From Candidatus Latescibacterota bacterium (GTDB taxonomy: Bacteria > Latescibacterota > UBA2968 > UBA8231): DNA of 64,000 nucleotides. This document shows, one piece after another, positions 56,148 through 64,000 of the stretch; the stretch's first letter is position 1; every line of letters starts with the position of its first letter. The translations under genes were made by a program, and so were the position numbers. The stretch lies in assembly GCA_965204725.1 (NCBI GenBank), contig OZ242005.1:416001-480000 (forward strand). Reading direction: 5' to 3'. The notes beneath the pieces are model-generated. The model saw only the letters and a program-made list of their open reading frames with translations, was not told where the DNA came from and searched no databases.

Positions 56148-56741
56148 TCATCTGAAACTGTCCAAAAAAGCCTGCCCTTCAAGAGCAAGACGGGCATATT
56201 CTTTTTCTTCTGATGACTTATTCATACCATCAAGGATTTGATCAATGGATAGACGAGATCGACGTTCTCCAAGTTGATCAATAGTCGGGTCACTATACTC
56301 TGGCAATTCGTGACTCTCATCCCTAAGTTGAGTCCACTTCTTCTTACCATGCTCAGAGAAAACCTCACCAATTAAATCAATCTCAAATTCAGATAATTCA
56401 TCGGTGTCAATCTCTCTATCAACAATAAGTTCAACAAAGTATTTACCTTTCCGCCTTATATGCTGAGACCAAAAACCTTCCTCCATCGAACATCTATCCT
56501 TAGCTAAATCAAGAATTTCGCTTACAATAGGCCCATAGGGCAAACAAAAATATGTACCAGTCGAAACCGCGAATCCTCTGCGATCAAGTGCGGCCCTATC
56601 AATAAAATAAATCAGTTTAACAAGTGAAATATAGGGATACGAACCACCTGCATGACGGAGCACTTCAGCCGCAAGTTGAGTCGCTTTCTTCTCATTAAAA
56701 CGCGGCTTGAGAGGTCCTAAATAAGATATGGATGGGCGCAT
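56148..56741 (-). CDS. Panacea (DUF4065/SocA-like) antitoxin
   Basis: KATQLAA, LVKLIYFIDR, LPYGPI, LRDESHELPEY; AT-rich island. Confidence 0.85.
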   Translation of the reverse strand: MRPSISYLGPLKPRFNEKKATQLAAEVLRHAGGSYPYISLVKLIYFIDRAALDRRGFAVSTGTYFCLPYGPIVSEILDLAKDRCSMEEGFWSQHIRRKGKYFVELIVDREIDTDELSEFEIDLIGEVFSEHGKKKWTQLRDESHELPEYSDPTIDQLGERRSRLSIDQILDGMNKSSEEKEYARLALEGQAFLDSFR

Positions 56742-56888
56742 GAGTTAGGCTTTCCTCTGTTAGTCCTTCATGTTTATAGAAAGATTATAATTCCCGACGC
56801 AAAGGGAGGAGGCTTAACAGCAACCTCTTCACCAAGTGATGTATATCCAAAGTATATCCGGTCAGAAACCCAAGGGCAACGCGCCCCG

Positions 56889-57692
56889 TCAGCTTCCCGT
56901 AGATCGGTAATGCCGTACGCCCACCTGCCAGACGCGCAGACAGATCGCAAAAAAGAGCAGGCCAATGGTTGGGGCCAGCCATTGGAATAACGGGCCTGAG
57001 CCTAAAGGGTCGGGGCGCTCCAAAATCCCCAACGCCGGGTAGTAGCTAACGCAGGCGAGGGGGATGACATAGGTGAAAAAGCGGCGGAACCACTCGCGGT
57101 AAATCGCCAGCGGGTACTGAGCCGTCTCCACGCCGCCATACGTTACGGCATTGACGATTTCCAAGCTCTCGGTAGTCCAAAAGGCCAGCGTCGCTTGCAG
57201 GACTAGCAGGCCGTAAAACAGGCAAGCACCGCCGAGGATGGTAAACAAGACGAGGAGCAGCTTGTCCGGCGTCCAAGCCAGTTCTAGAGCATTGGCAGCC
57301 CACAGCAGGACGACCAAGCCTTGGGCGATGCGGCCGATGCGCTTGAGGGTAAGCTCTTGCCCGGCCAACTGCAAAGCCGTGCTGCGGGGGCGCAGTAGCA
57401 GGCGGTCGAAGTCGCCGCTTTTTACGGTGGCGGCGAAGGCGTCAAACCCGCGCGAGCAGGCGTCGCACAGGGCAAAGGCGATGTTGATTAGGCCGTAAAA
57501 GAAGGCCACTTCGGGCAGGCTCCACGTGTCGAGGGCGGCGAAGCGGTCAAAGAGCGCCCAGATGCCCAAAAATTCCAAGCCGGTCATCAGGCCGTGCCCC
57601 ACAGACAGCATGACAAAAGAGGCCCGGTACTGCATTTGGCTGCGGAAGGAAATGTCGATATAGCGGCCATACAGGCGCAGTCCATCGAGCAC
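56889..57692 (-). CDS. ABC-2 family permease (DUF990 type)
   Basis: SQMQYRASF, GDFDRLLLRP, YPLAIY, YRSTGS. Confidence 0.9.
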   Translation of the reverse strand: MLDGLRLYGRYIDISFRSQMQYRASFVMLSVGHGLMTGLEFLGIWALFDRFAALDTWSLPEVAFFYGLINIAFALCDACSRGFDAFAATVKSGDFDRLLLRPRSTALQLAGQELTLKRIGRIAQGLVVLLWAANALELAWTPDKLLLVLFTILGGACLFYGLLVLQATLAFWTTESLEIVNAVTYGGVETAQYPLAIYREWFRRFFTYVIPLACVSYYPALGILERPDPLGSGPLFQWLAPTIGLLFFAICLRVWQVGVRHYRSTGS

Positions 57693-57696
57693 GGCT

Positions 57697-58491
57697 TCAG
57701 CCTCCTTGGACGACCAAGCGGCGCGTGCCGCGGTAGAGGAGGAAGCGGCCCAGCCCCACCAGCGCGAGCGTCCACGCGAGCTGATGCCCGACTACCGACC
57801 AGACTTGAGACGCGGGAATGTGCCCCATGTAGAGGCGGAAAGGGGTGTCGGCCAAGCCGCGGAAAGGCATGAAGTCAAGTATGGGCTGCATCGCGTCGGG
57901 AAACAGCGGCAAGGGGATCACCATGCCGGAAAAGACGTAGATGCAGATCCCCAGTATCTGAATGGAACCTTCTCCGGCAATGGTCCACAGCAAAGAGATG
58001 TTGACCAAGTTGGACAACGCCCCGCCCAAGAGGACTGCACCCACCGTAGCCAAGGCCCAAGCCGCCGCCGCCGCCGGGGACGCCGGAGCTTGCAGGCCCA
58101 AGAAGAGGAAGGCCAAGCAGAACAGCGGCACCGAGCGCAGCAGGGTGGGGGCGATGCGATTGGCGAGGGAGCGGCTGTACCAAAAGGCGTACAAATCAAC
58201 CGGGCGCACCAATTCGTATGCTACCGTGCCCGTGCGGACCATGGTGCGCACGTCGTTGTCGGGCAGCCACGGCAAGAGGGCGAACAGGGCTTGGCCGAGC
58301 CAGACATAATTGACGACCTCGGCGTAGGTCATAGGTTGCGCTTGGGTGGCCGTGCGATAGAACGCTTCAAAGACCATCACCCGAATGAGTCCCCAAAACA
58401 ACTGAGTGCCCATGCCGGCGAGGGCCGCGGCCCGGTACTGCAACAACATGCGGAGACGGGCGCTGAGGACGGACCAATAGGGCCGCATCAA
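57697..58491 (-). CDS. ABC-2 family permease
   Basis: LQYRAA, GTVAYELVRP, FSGMVIPL, VVQGG. Confidence 0.9.
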   Translation of the reverse strand: MMRPYWSVLSARLRMLLQYRAAALAGMGTQLFWGLIRVMVFEAFYRTATQAQPMTYAEVVNYVWLGQALFALLPWLPDNDVRTMVRTGTVAYELVRPVDLYAFWYSRSLANRIAPTLLRSVPLFCLAFLFLGLQAPASPAAAAAWALATVGAVLLGGALSNLVNISLLWTIAGEGSIQILGICIYVFSGMVIPLPLFPDAMQPILDFMPFRGLADTPFRLYMGHIPASQVWSVVGHQLAWTLALVGLGRFLLYRGTRRLVVQGG

Positions 58492-59468
58492 GGGCGATCC
58501 CGGTAGAGTTGGGCGATGACTTCCTCGATCGGCGGGTTTTCCACAAAGAGGTCGCGCACTTCGTGGCGGGCGGTGATGCGGCTGATGAGGGCCGGCGCTG
58601 AAATGCGTTCGGGCGCGAAGCTGAGATGGACCCGGGGGCCATCGCGCTGCACGACGCGAGCGGCCTCGTCTTCGATGGTCGCTGTGGCATCGACTAAATC
58701 GACGATGAGGCGGCGCTCGGACGAGACGCGGGCGCGCAAGTCAGCGAGGCTGCCGTCGGAGAGGATGACGCCGTCGCCGATGACCATGACCCGGTTGCAC
58801 AGGGCTTCAATATCGTCCATGTCGTGGGTGGTCAGGATGACGGTGGTGCCCTCTTGGCGGTTGAGTTCTTTGATGAAATCGCGCATAGCCAGTTTGGAAA
58901 CGGCGTCGAGGCCAATGGTCGGCTCGTCCAAAAAGAGCAGGCCCGGGCCGTGGAGCAGAGCCGCGACTAGATCGCAGCGCATGCGCTGGCCCAAGCTAAG
59001 CTGGCGCACGGGCACGTCGAGGAAGGAATCGAGTTCCAACATGGCGATGAGCGCGTCGCGCCGGCGACCGTAGGCCGCGTGAGGCACTTTGTAGATGTCG
59101 CGCAGCAGATCAAAGGACTCAATCACCGGCAAGTCCCACCACAGTTGGGTGCGCTGGCCAAAGACCACGCCAATGCGGCGGACGTGGCTAATCCGGTCCG
59201 CCCAAGGGACGCGGCCTTGGACCTCGCAGCACCCCGAATCGGGCACGACGATGCCGGAGAGGATTTTGACCGTAGTGGATTTGCCAGCGCCATTGGGGCC
59301 AATATAGCCGACGAGTTCGCCAGCTTCGAGCGAGAAAGAGAGGCCGTCTAAAGCCCGAATGGTGCGGTGCGAGCGCTGCACAACACCGCGAAAGGCTCCC
59401 CAAAGGCCGGGACGGCGCTCGGCAATGCGATAGGTTTTGACTAGATTTTCGACGACGATTTGGGGCAC
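58488..59468 (-). CDS. ABC transporter ATP-binding protein
   Basis: GPNGAGKST, LSLGQ, LFLDEPT; GTG 59468 preferred over the ATG inside the repeat. Confidence 0.93.
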   Translation of the reverse strand: MPQIVVENLVKTYRIAERRPGLWGAFRGVVQRSHRTIRALDGLSFSLEAGELVGYIGPNGAGKSTTVKILSGIVVPDSGCCEVQGRVPWADRISHVRRIGVVFGQRTQLWWDLPVIESFDLLRDIYKVPHAAYGRRRDALIAMLELDSFLDVPVRQLSLGQRMRCDLVAALLHGPGLLFLDEPTIGLDAVSKLAMRDFIKELNRQEGTTVILTTHDMDDIEALCNRVMVIGDGVILSDGSLADLRARVSSERRLIVDLVDATATIEDEAARVVQRDGPRVHLSFAPERISAPALISRITARHEVRDLFVENPPIEEVIAQLYRDRP

Positions 59469-59480
59469 GGGTTGGCACCA

Positions 59481-59771
59481 TCTTTTTTGCTTATGAGGCG
59501 TCATTCCCGCGAAAGCGGGAATCCAGTCTTGAATGATGTAGGATTGCTATATAGCCGTCCTACATCCTTCATACGAGATGTTCTGCATGGCGTTTTGGGT
59601 ATGAGATACTTCGCTGCGCTCAGTATGACAAGGGCTGGGGCACGAAGCTGCCGTCTCGGTGTCATGCTGAGCGAAGCGAAGCATCTTTACATGCTTGCAA
59701 GTCATTTAGGATTGCTATACTCGGCGAGGGCAAGATGCCCTCGATCTTTGGAAGGCTGGCGGCGTGTAGTA
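59481..59771. mobile_element. Stack of three repeat elements: family-A MITE part, complete family-C MITE (59550-59719), family-B fragment
   Basis: ...GTAGGATTGCTA|TA|TAGCCGTCCTACAT...ATTTAGGATTGCTATA, then GAGGGCAAGATGCCCTCGATC..GTGTAGTA. Confidence 0.85.
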
Positions 59772-59863
59772 AAATAACGAATACTAGTTTAACAGGAGCC
59801 ATAGCCGCGTCAAAAAAGGGGCGCGACAACGCGCCGCCTAGACCAAAAAAAGGAGCCGCTTCC

Positions 59864-60757
59864 ATGTCCGTCCGCTTTGCCTTCCTCACCGACACCCACC
59901 ACTACCCCGACGCCCCCAAAGACTACGGCGCGCCCAAAATGCTCACCCGCAGCCAAGAGGTGCTCGACGCGATCCCCCCGGCCCTCAATGCACAGGCTAT
60001 CGACTTCGTCGTCCACGGCGGCGACTTCCTCTGCGGCGGGTCGTCCTTCGACCTGCCCACCGCGACCTACCTGCGCTCAATTGACGAGGCCGCGGCGGCC
60101 TTCGCCCGGATCGAAGCCCCTTTCTACGCAGTCCCCGGCAACCACGACTGCGACGCCCAGAGCGGGTCTTTCGCCGGTTTCGCCGCCCGCTTCTCCTATC
60201 CCGAGCCGTTGACGGTCATCGAGGCCGCTCCGCGCTTGCGCTTGGCTCTGGCTAACGTCTTCCACGACTGCGATGTCTTTGAGCAAGGATCGGGCGTCTG
60301 GACCGACGCGCTCGACGGGGCACTGCGCGCGACCGCGGCTCAAGCACTGGCCGACGGCTGCGCCCTGCTGCTCGTTATCCATCCTTGGATTCTGCCGGAT
60401 TTCGACGGGGACCGCGGCGTAGTTGCCGGCGCACCGCGGCTGGTCAAAACGCTCAACGAAAGCCCGGCCATCGTCGCCGCTTTCACCGGCCACCGCCACA
60501 TCAACCGCATCACCGCCTACCGCGACTATCTGGTCGTCGATACGGCCTGTCTGATTGGCTTTCCCTTGGGCTATCGCCGCGTCGTGCTCTCGACCGATGG
60601 CTTTTTTAAGACGCGCTTCCACACCCTAAACCTGCCGGACTTGCGGCAAACTTCCTACGACCGCTCAACGCCCGAGGAAAATCAGGTCTGGGAAGGCCAC
60701 ATCCCCGACCGCGACGCGGAGATCCTGCTGCCGCGGCTGCGGGCGCTGTGGAGCTAA
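59864..60757 (+). CDS. Calcineurin-like metallophosphoesterase
   Basis: DTH, GGD, PGNHD, GHRH; AGGAG SD. Confidence 0.9.
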   Translation: MSVRFAFLTDTHHYPDAPKDYGAPKMLTRSQEVLDAIPPALNAQAIDFVVHGGDFLCGGSSFDLPTATYLRSIDEAAAAFARIEAPFYAVPGNHDCDAQSGSFAGFAARFSYPEPLTVIEAAPRLRLALANVFHDCDVFEQGSGVWTDALDGALRATAAQALADGCALLLVIHPWILPDFDGDRGVVAGAPRLVKTLNESPAIVAAFTGHRHINRITAYRDYLVVDTACLIGFPLGYRRVVLSTDGFFKTRFHTLNLPDLRQTSYDRSTPEENQVWEGHIPDRDAEILLPRLRALWS

Positions 60758-61777
60758 TCACCGCGGCCCGACCGCGCCCTCTTTGAGCATGGTAATCAGG
60801 GCCGAGTCCTCCGCGTCTAGCGGGAACACCACCCGCCCGCGGCGGCGGCTCGATTCGTAAGTAGCAAAAATCAATTCGGTCGCTTGCAGGGCCTTGCGCG
60901 CCGACAAACGCGGCTCCGCGCCGCTTTCGAGACAGGCGATCAGATCGAGCACCGACAGCACGGTGTCGCCACCCGGCGGGACGACCCCGGCGAGCTCTTC
61001 CTCGGCAAAGTCCTGCCACGCCGCACCCGCGCGCAACAGCCGCAACGGTGCGCGGCCCGCGCCCCCGACTTCGATGACGCCCTCGCTGCCAATGAGGCGG
61101 TTGCGCGGGCCTTGCATGTGCGCGGCCCCCGTGCCGAGCAGGCCCTCAACGCCATTTTGCCAGCGAATCCACGACAGGCCGCTGGTCTCTAAGGGCACGC
61201 CAAAGATCGCGCGCTCGGACTCGACGGCAATCTGGCCCATGACCCATTCGGCCGGCACTTCGTCGTTGTAAAAGAAGAACATGTCAAACCAATGCGTACC
61301 CCAATCAAACAGGTTGGCGCACGCGCCTTCGAGCCGCTGGAGTGCGCCGATGGCCCCTTCGTCGAGCAACTGTTTGGCCTTGACAAACGCAGCACCAAAG
61401 CGGCGTTGGTGGCAAAAGGTGAGGAGTACGCCGCGCTCGGCGCAGGCTTGGCACAGCGCCTTGGCGTCGCCCCACGTGCTAGCCACGGGCTTTTCGCAGT
61501 GGATGGCGCGGACGCCGGCCGTGGCCGCGGCTTCGACCATCTCGCGGTGCAGGCCGGTCCAAGTGCAGACGCTCACCACATCGAGGGCTTCGCACGCTAG
61601 CATGGCGCGGTAATTTCCGTAGGGGGCCGCAACCGCAAAGTCCGCGGCAAAAGACGCCCGGGCCGCTTCCACCGGGTCGGCACAGGCCGCGATTGCGACT
61701 TGGGCGGCTTGATAGCCCTCGGCGTGGGCGCGACCGCGCTGGCCGCAGCCGATTACACCCGCTCTGTACGTAGTCAT
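60758..61777 (-). CDS. Gfo/Idh/MocA oxidoreductase
   Basis: GVIGCG, CEKP, HQRRF, GTHWFD. Confidence 0.9.
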   Translation of the reverse strand: MTTYRAGVIGCGQRGRAHAEGYQAAQVAIAACADPVEAARASFAADFAVAAPYGNYRAMLACEALDVVSVCTWTGLHREMVEAAATAGVRAIHCEKPVASTWGDAKALCQACAERGVLLTFCHQRRFGAAFVKAKQLLDEGAIGALQRLEGACANLFDWGTHWFDMFFFYNDEVPAEWVMGQIAVESERAIFGVPLETSGLSWIRWQNGVEGLLGTGAAHMQGPRNRLIGSEGVIEVGGAGRAPLRLLRAGAAWQDFAEEELAGVVPPGGDTVLSVLDLIACLESGAEPRLSARKALQATELIFATYESSRRRGRVVFPLDAEDSALITMLKEGAVGPR

Positions 61778-61869
61778 ATTCTCATCGCGCTCCTCAGCTT
61801 TGGGGCTTTACGGCCTGAAGGCCGAGCGGTAAAATAAAAAATCAACCTTACTATCAACAGGAGAACGCC

Positions 61870-62700
61870 ATGCCCATCACCGATGCCCTCCCCGACATGG
61901 AGCGCGAGCTCAAGTTTTTCAGCGCGACCAACGACCATCCCCAAAAGCTCACCCACGCCCAGATCCGCCAGTTTAACGAGCGGGGTTATATCTGTCCTTT
62001 GGACGTGTTCACGCCCGAGGAAGCCGCGGCCAATCGCCGCTATTTCGACGCGCTCATGGCCCGCGCCCAAGCGAGCGGGCACAACAGTTATTCGATCAAT
62101 GGCTGGCATCGCCACTGCCGGGGCATCTACGACTTGTTGCACGAGCCGCGCATTCTCGATTACGTCGAAGACCTCCTCGGCCCCAATCTCGTCAGCGTTA
62201 TGACCCACTACTTTTGCAAGGAGCCGGGCGACCAAAAGCAGGTCGTCTGGCACCAAGACGCCTCGTACTGGCCGCTGACCCCGAGCAAGGTGGTGACCGC
62301 TTGGCTGGCCATCGACGATGTGGATGAGGAAAACGGGCCGATGACCGTCGTCCCAAGCTCGCATTTGCACGGGCAGATTCCCTTTGAGCACAGCACCGCC
62401 GAGGAGCAAAATGTCTTGGGGCAGAGCGTGCGCGATCCGCTCCGGTGGGGCGGCGAGCCGGTGGCCTTTACCATGCGCGCTGGCCAAATGTCCCTGCATA
62501 CCGACCTGCTCTTGCACGGCTCGGCCCCCAACCGCTCCACGCGCCGCCGCTGCGGGCTGACGCTGCGCTACATGCCGCCCGAGGTCCGCACCCGCGAAGA
62601 GCGGCGCGCCAATGGCTATATCTGCCGCGGCACCGACCCGAGCGGCTACTGGATTGACCTCCCCGCGCCGACCGACGACGCGGTGCCGCCGAGGCCCTAG
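61870..62700 (+). CDS. Phytanoyl-CoA dioxygenase (PhyH) family protein
   Basis: WHQD, ENG, PSSH, HGS.PN.S..RR. Confidence 0.92.
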   Translation: MPITDALPDMERELKFFSATNDHPQKLTHAQIRQFNERGYICPLDVFTPEEAAANRRYFDALMARAQASGHNSYSINGWHRHCRGIYDLLHEPRILDYVEDLLGPNLVSVMTHYFCKEPGDQKQVVWHQDASYWPLTPSKVVTAWLAIDDVDEENGPMTVVPSSHLHGQIPFEHSTAEEQNVLGQSVRDPLRWGGEPVAFTMRAGQMSLHTDLLLHGSAPNRSTRRRCGLTLRYMPPEVRTREERRANGYICRGTDPSGYWIDLPAPTDDAVPPRP

Positions 62701-62705
62701 CGACC

Positions 62706-63653
62706 GTGTCTTTACCGGAAGCCTTTCGCGCCCGCTTGCAGGCCGTGCTCCCGGCCGAGCACTTTGCCGCCTGCTGGCAGAGCTTGGCCGCCGAGCAACC
62801 TACGGCTTTCCGCGCCAACGCGCTCAAGGGCGCACCGGACGCGCTCCCCGCCGAGCTAGCGGCCGCGGGCTTTGCCCTGACGCCGCTGGGCTGGAAGGCC
62901 GACGCCTTTGTCGTCCCGGCTGATCAACGCCGCGCCCTCACCGAGTGTGCGGCCTGTCGCGAAGGCCGGCTCTACATCCAAAACCCCTCCAGCATGGTGC
63001 CGCCGATCCTCTTGGCACCGCAAAGCGGGGAGTCCATTCTCGACCTCGGGGCCGCCCCGGGCAGCAAGACCTTGCAACTCGCCGAACTCATGGGCAATCA
63101 AGGGCGTATATGGGCTGTGGAGTCCGTGCGCGGTCGCTTCTTTCGCCTGCGGGACAATTTGGCGCGGCACGGGGCCGAAAACGTGCAAGTCCTGCTCGCC
63201 GACGGAACCCGCATCTGGCGTCGCCATCTGGAGCGATTCGACCGCGTCCTCCTCGACGCGCCGTGCTCGTCCGAAGGGCGGTTCCGCGCCCACGCGCCCA
63301 AGACTTATGCCTATTGGAGCGAGAAGAAAATTGCCGAGGCCAGCCGCAAGCAGCGGCGGCTGTGCTACTCGGCCGTACAATGCCTCAAGCCGGGCGGGGT
63401 GTTGATCTACTCGACCTGCACCTTCGCGCCCGAAGAAAACGAGGCCATCATCAGCCGGATGCTGCGGCAGTTTGCCGGTGCTTTAACCGTAGAGGACATC
63501 GCGCTGCCTTTTGACAATGTGGCGTCGGGCTTGAGCCAGTGGCGGGGAAAGGCGTTTGACGCTCAGGTGCAGCGGGCCAAGCGGATTTTGCCGCTGGGAG
63601 GGATGGAGGGGTTTTTCGTGTGCCGCTTGCGGAAGACGGAGAGGACGAGGTAG
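62706..63653 (+). CDS. RsmB/RsmF (NOL1/NOP2) family RNA m5C methyltransferase
   Basis: LDLGAAPGSKT, LLDAPCS, YSTCT..PEENE. Confidence 0.92.
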   Translation: MSLPEAFRARLQAVLPAEHFAACWQSLAAEQPTAFRANALKGAPDALPAELAAAGFALTPLGWKADAFVVPADQRRALTECAACREGRLYIQNPSSMVPPILLAPQSGESILDLGAAPGSKTLQLAELMGNQGRIWAVESVRGRFFRLRDNLARHGAENVQVLLADGTRIWRRHLERFDRVLLDAPCSSEGRFRAHAPKTYAYWSEKKIAEASRKQRRLCYSAVQCLKPGGVLIYSTCTFAPEENEAIISRMLRQFAGALTVEDIALPFDNVASGLSQWRGKAFDAQVQRAKRILPLGGMEGFFVCRLRKTERTR

Positions 63654-64000
63654 GGGGGCGGAGTTCGGGGCGTCGTAGGATGACTTAGACCAATGCTACT
63701 GACTCAGTGTTTCCTCTAATCCGTAAAAAACTCGTGGCCGTCCTGCGGCCGTTTCGTACCGTCGTGAAACAGCGATCGATACAGCCTTCAAATCAAAAAA
63801 GTTACCTCGACGGAACTCTTCTGAATCAAAATAGAGTTGGTCTGTCGTCACTTGGTCTCTCCAAAACTAGCCAGTCAGCTTGATCCCCAACGCAAGAGCG
63901 ATGAATCCACACTGCATTGGTGATCTGATTCACAGCCACAGATCGGCTCCAAGCCAATAGTTGATCCGCAGAGTCACGCGCAATTTTCTTACCACAAACC

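Noticed and set aside
63696-64000. Lower-GC minus-strand frames at the right edge (a 3' end stopping near 63823 and a ~51-aa ORF)
   Set aside because: Too short and truncated to assign; may be the edge of another islet

Overview
GC-rich bacterial chromosomal window. Gene content (many secreted proteins with FlgD/CTD-type tails, DUF6785-type membrane protein, PhyH, Gfo/Idh/MocA, eukaryote-like propeller domains) suggests an FCB-superphylum organism such as Latescibacterota/Gemmatimonadota, possibly host-associated; this is inference only. Layout: (1) 1-15 kb, minus-strand surface-protein operon with a PPIase lipoprotein, three paralogous large secreted proteins with TPNGDG/FlgD-type tails, a probable outer-membrane protein and a GT-C/TPR membrane protein, interrupted by a lower-GC type II restriction-modification pair. 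(2) 15-33.3 kb, tandem duplication carrying two giant adhesin-like paralogues (14 versus 1 PKD-like repeats, divergent propeller loops), MNT antitoxins with truncated HEPN partners, mazEF and an LDLR-B-like propeller protein. (3) 33-64 kb, metabolic and transport genes, a TPP-riboswitch thiamine uptake operon, a lower-GC three-gene TIGR04255 module (candidate toxin/defence system), a DUF2089/DUF4097 operon with an apparent AUC start codon, an orphan Panacea antitoxin and an ABC-2 transporter. Several MITE/palindrome families are dispersed through the window and alter gene ends. No rRNA, tRNA, CRISPR array, integrase or transposase was seen. All family calls come from motif recognition by eye, not database searches.
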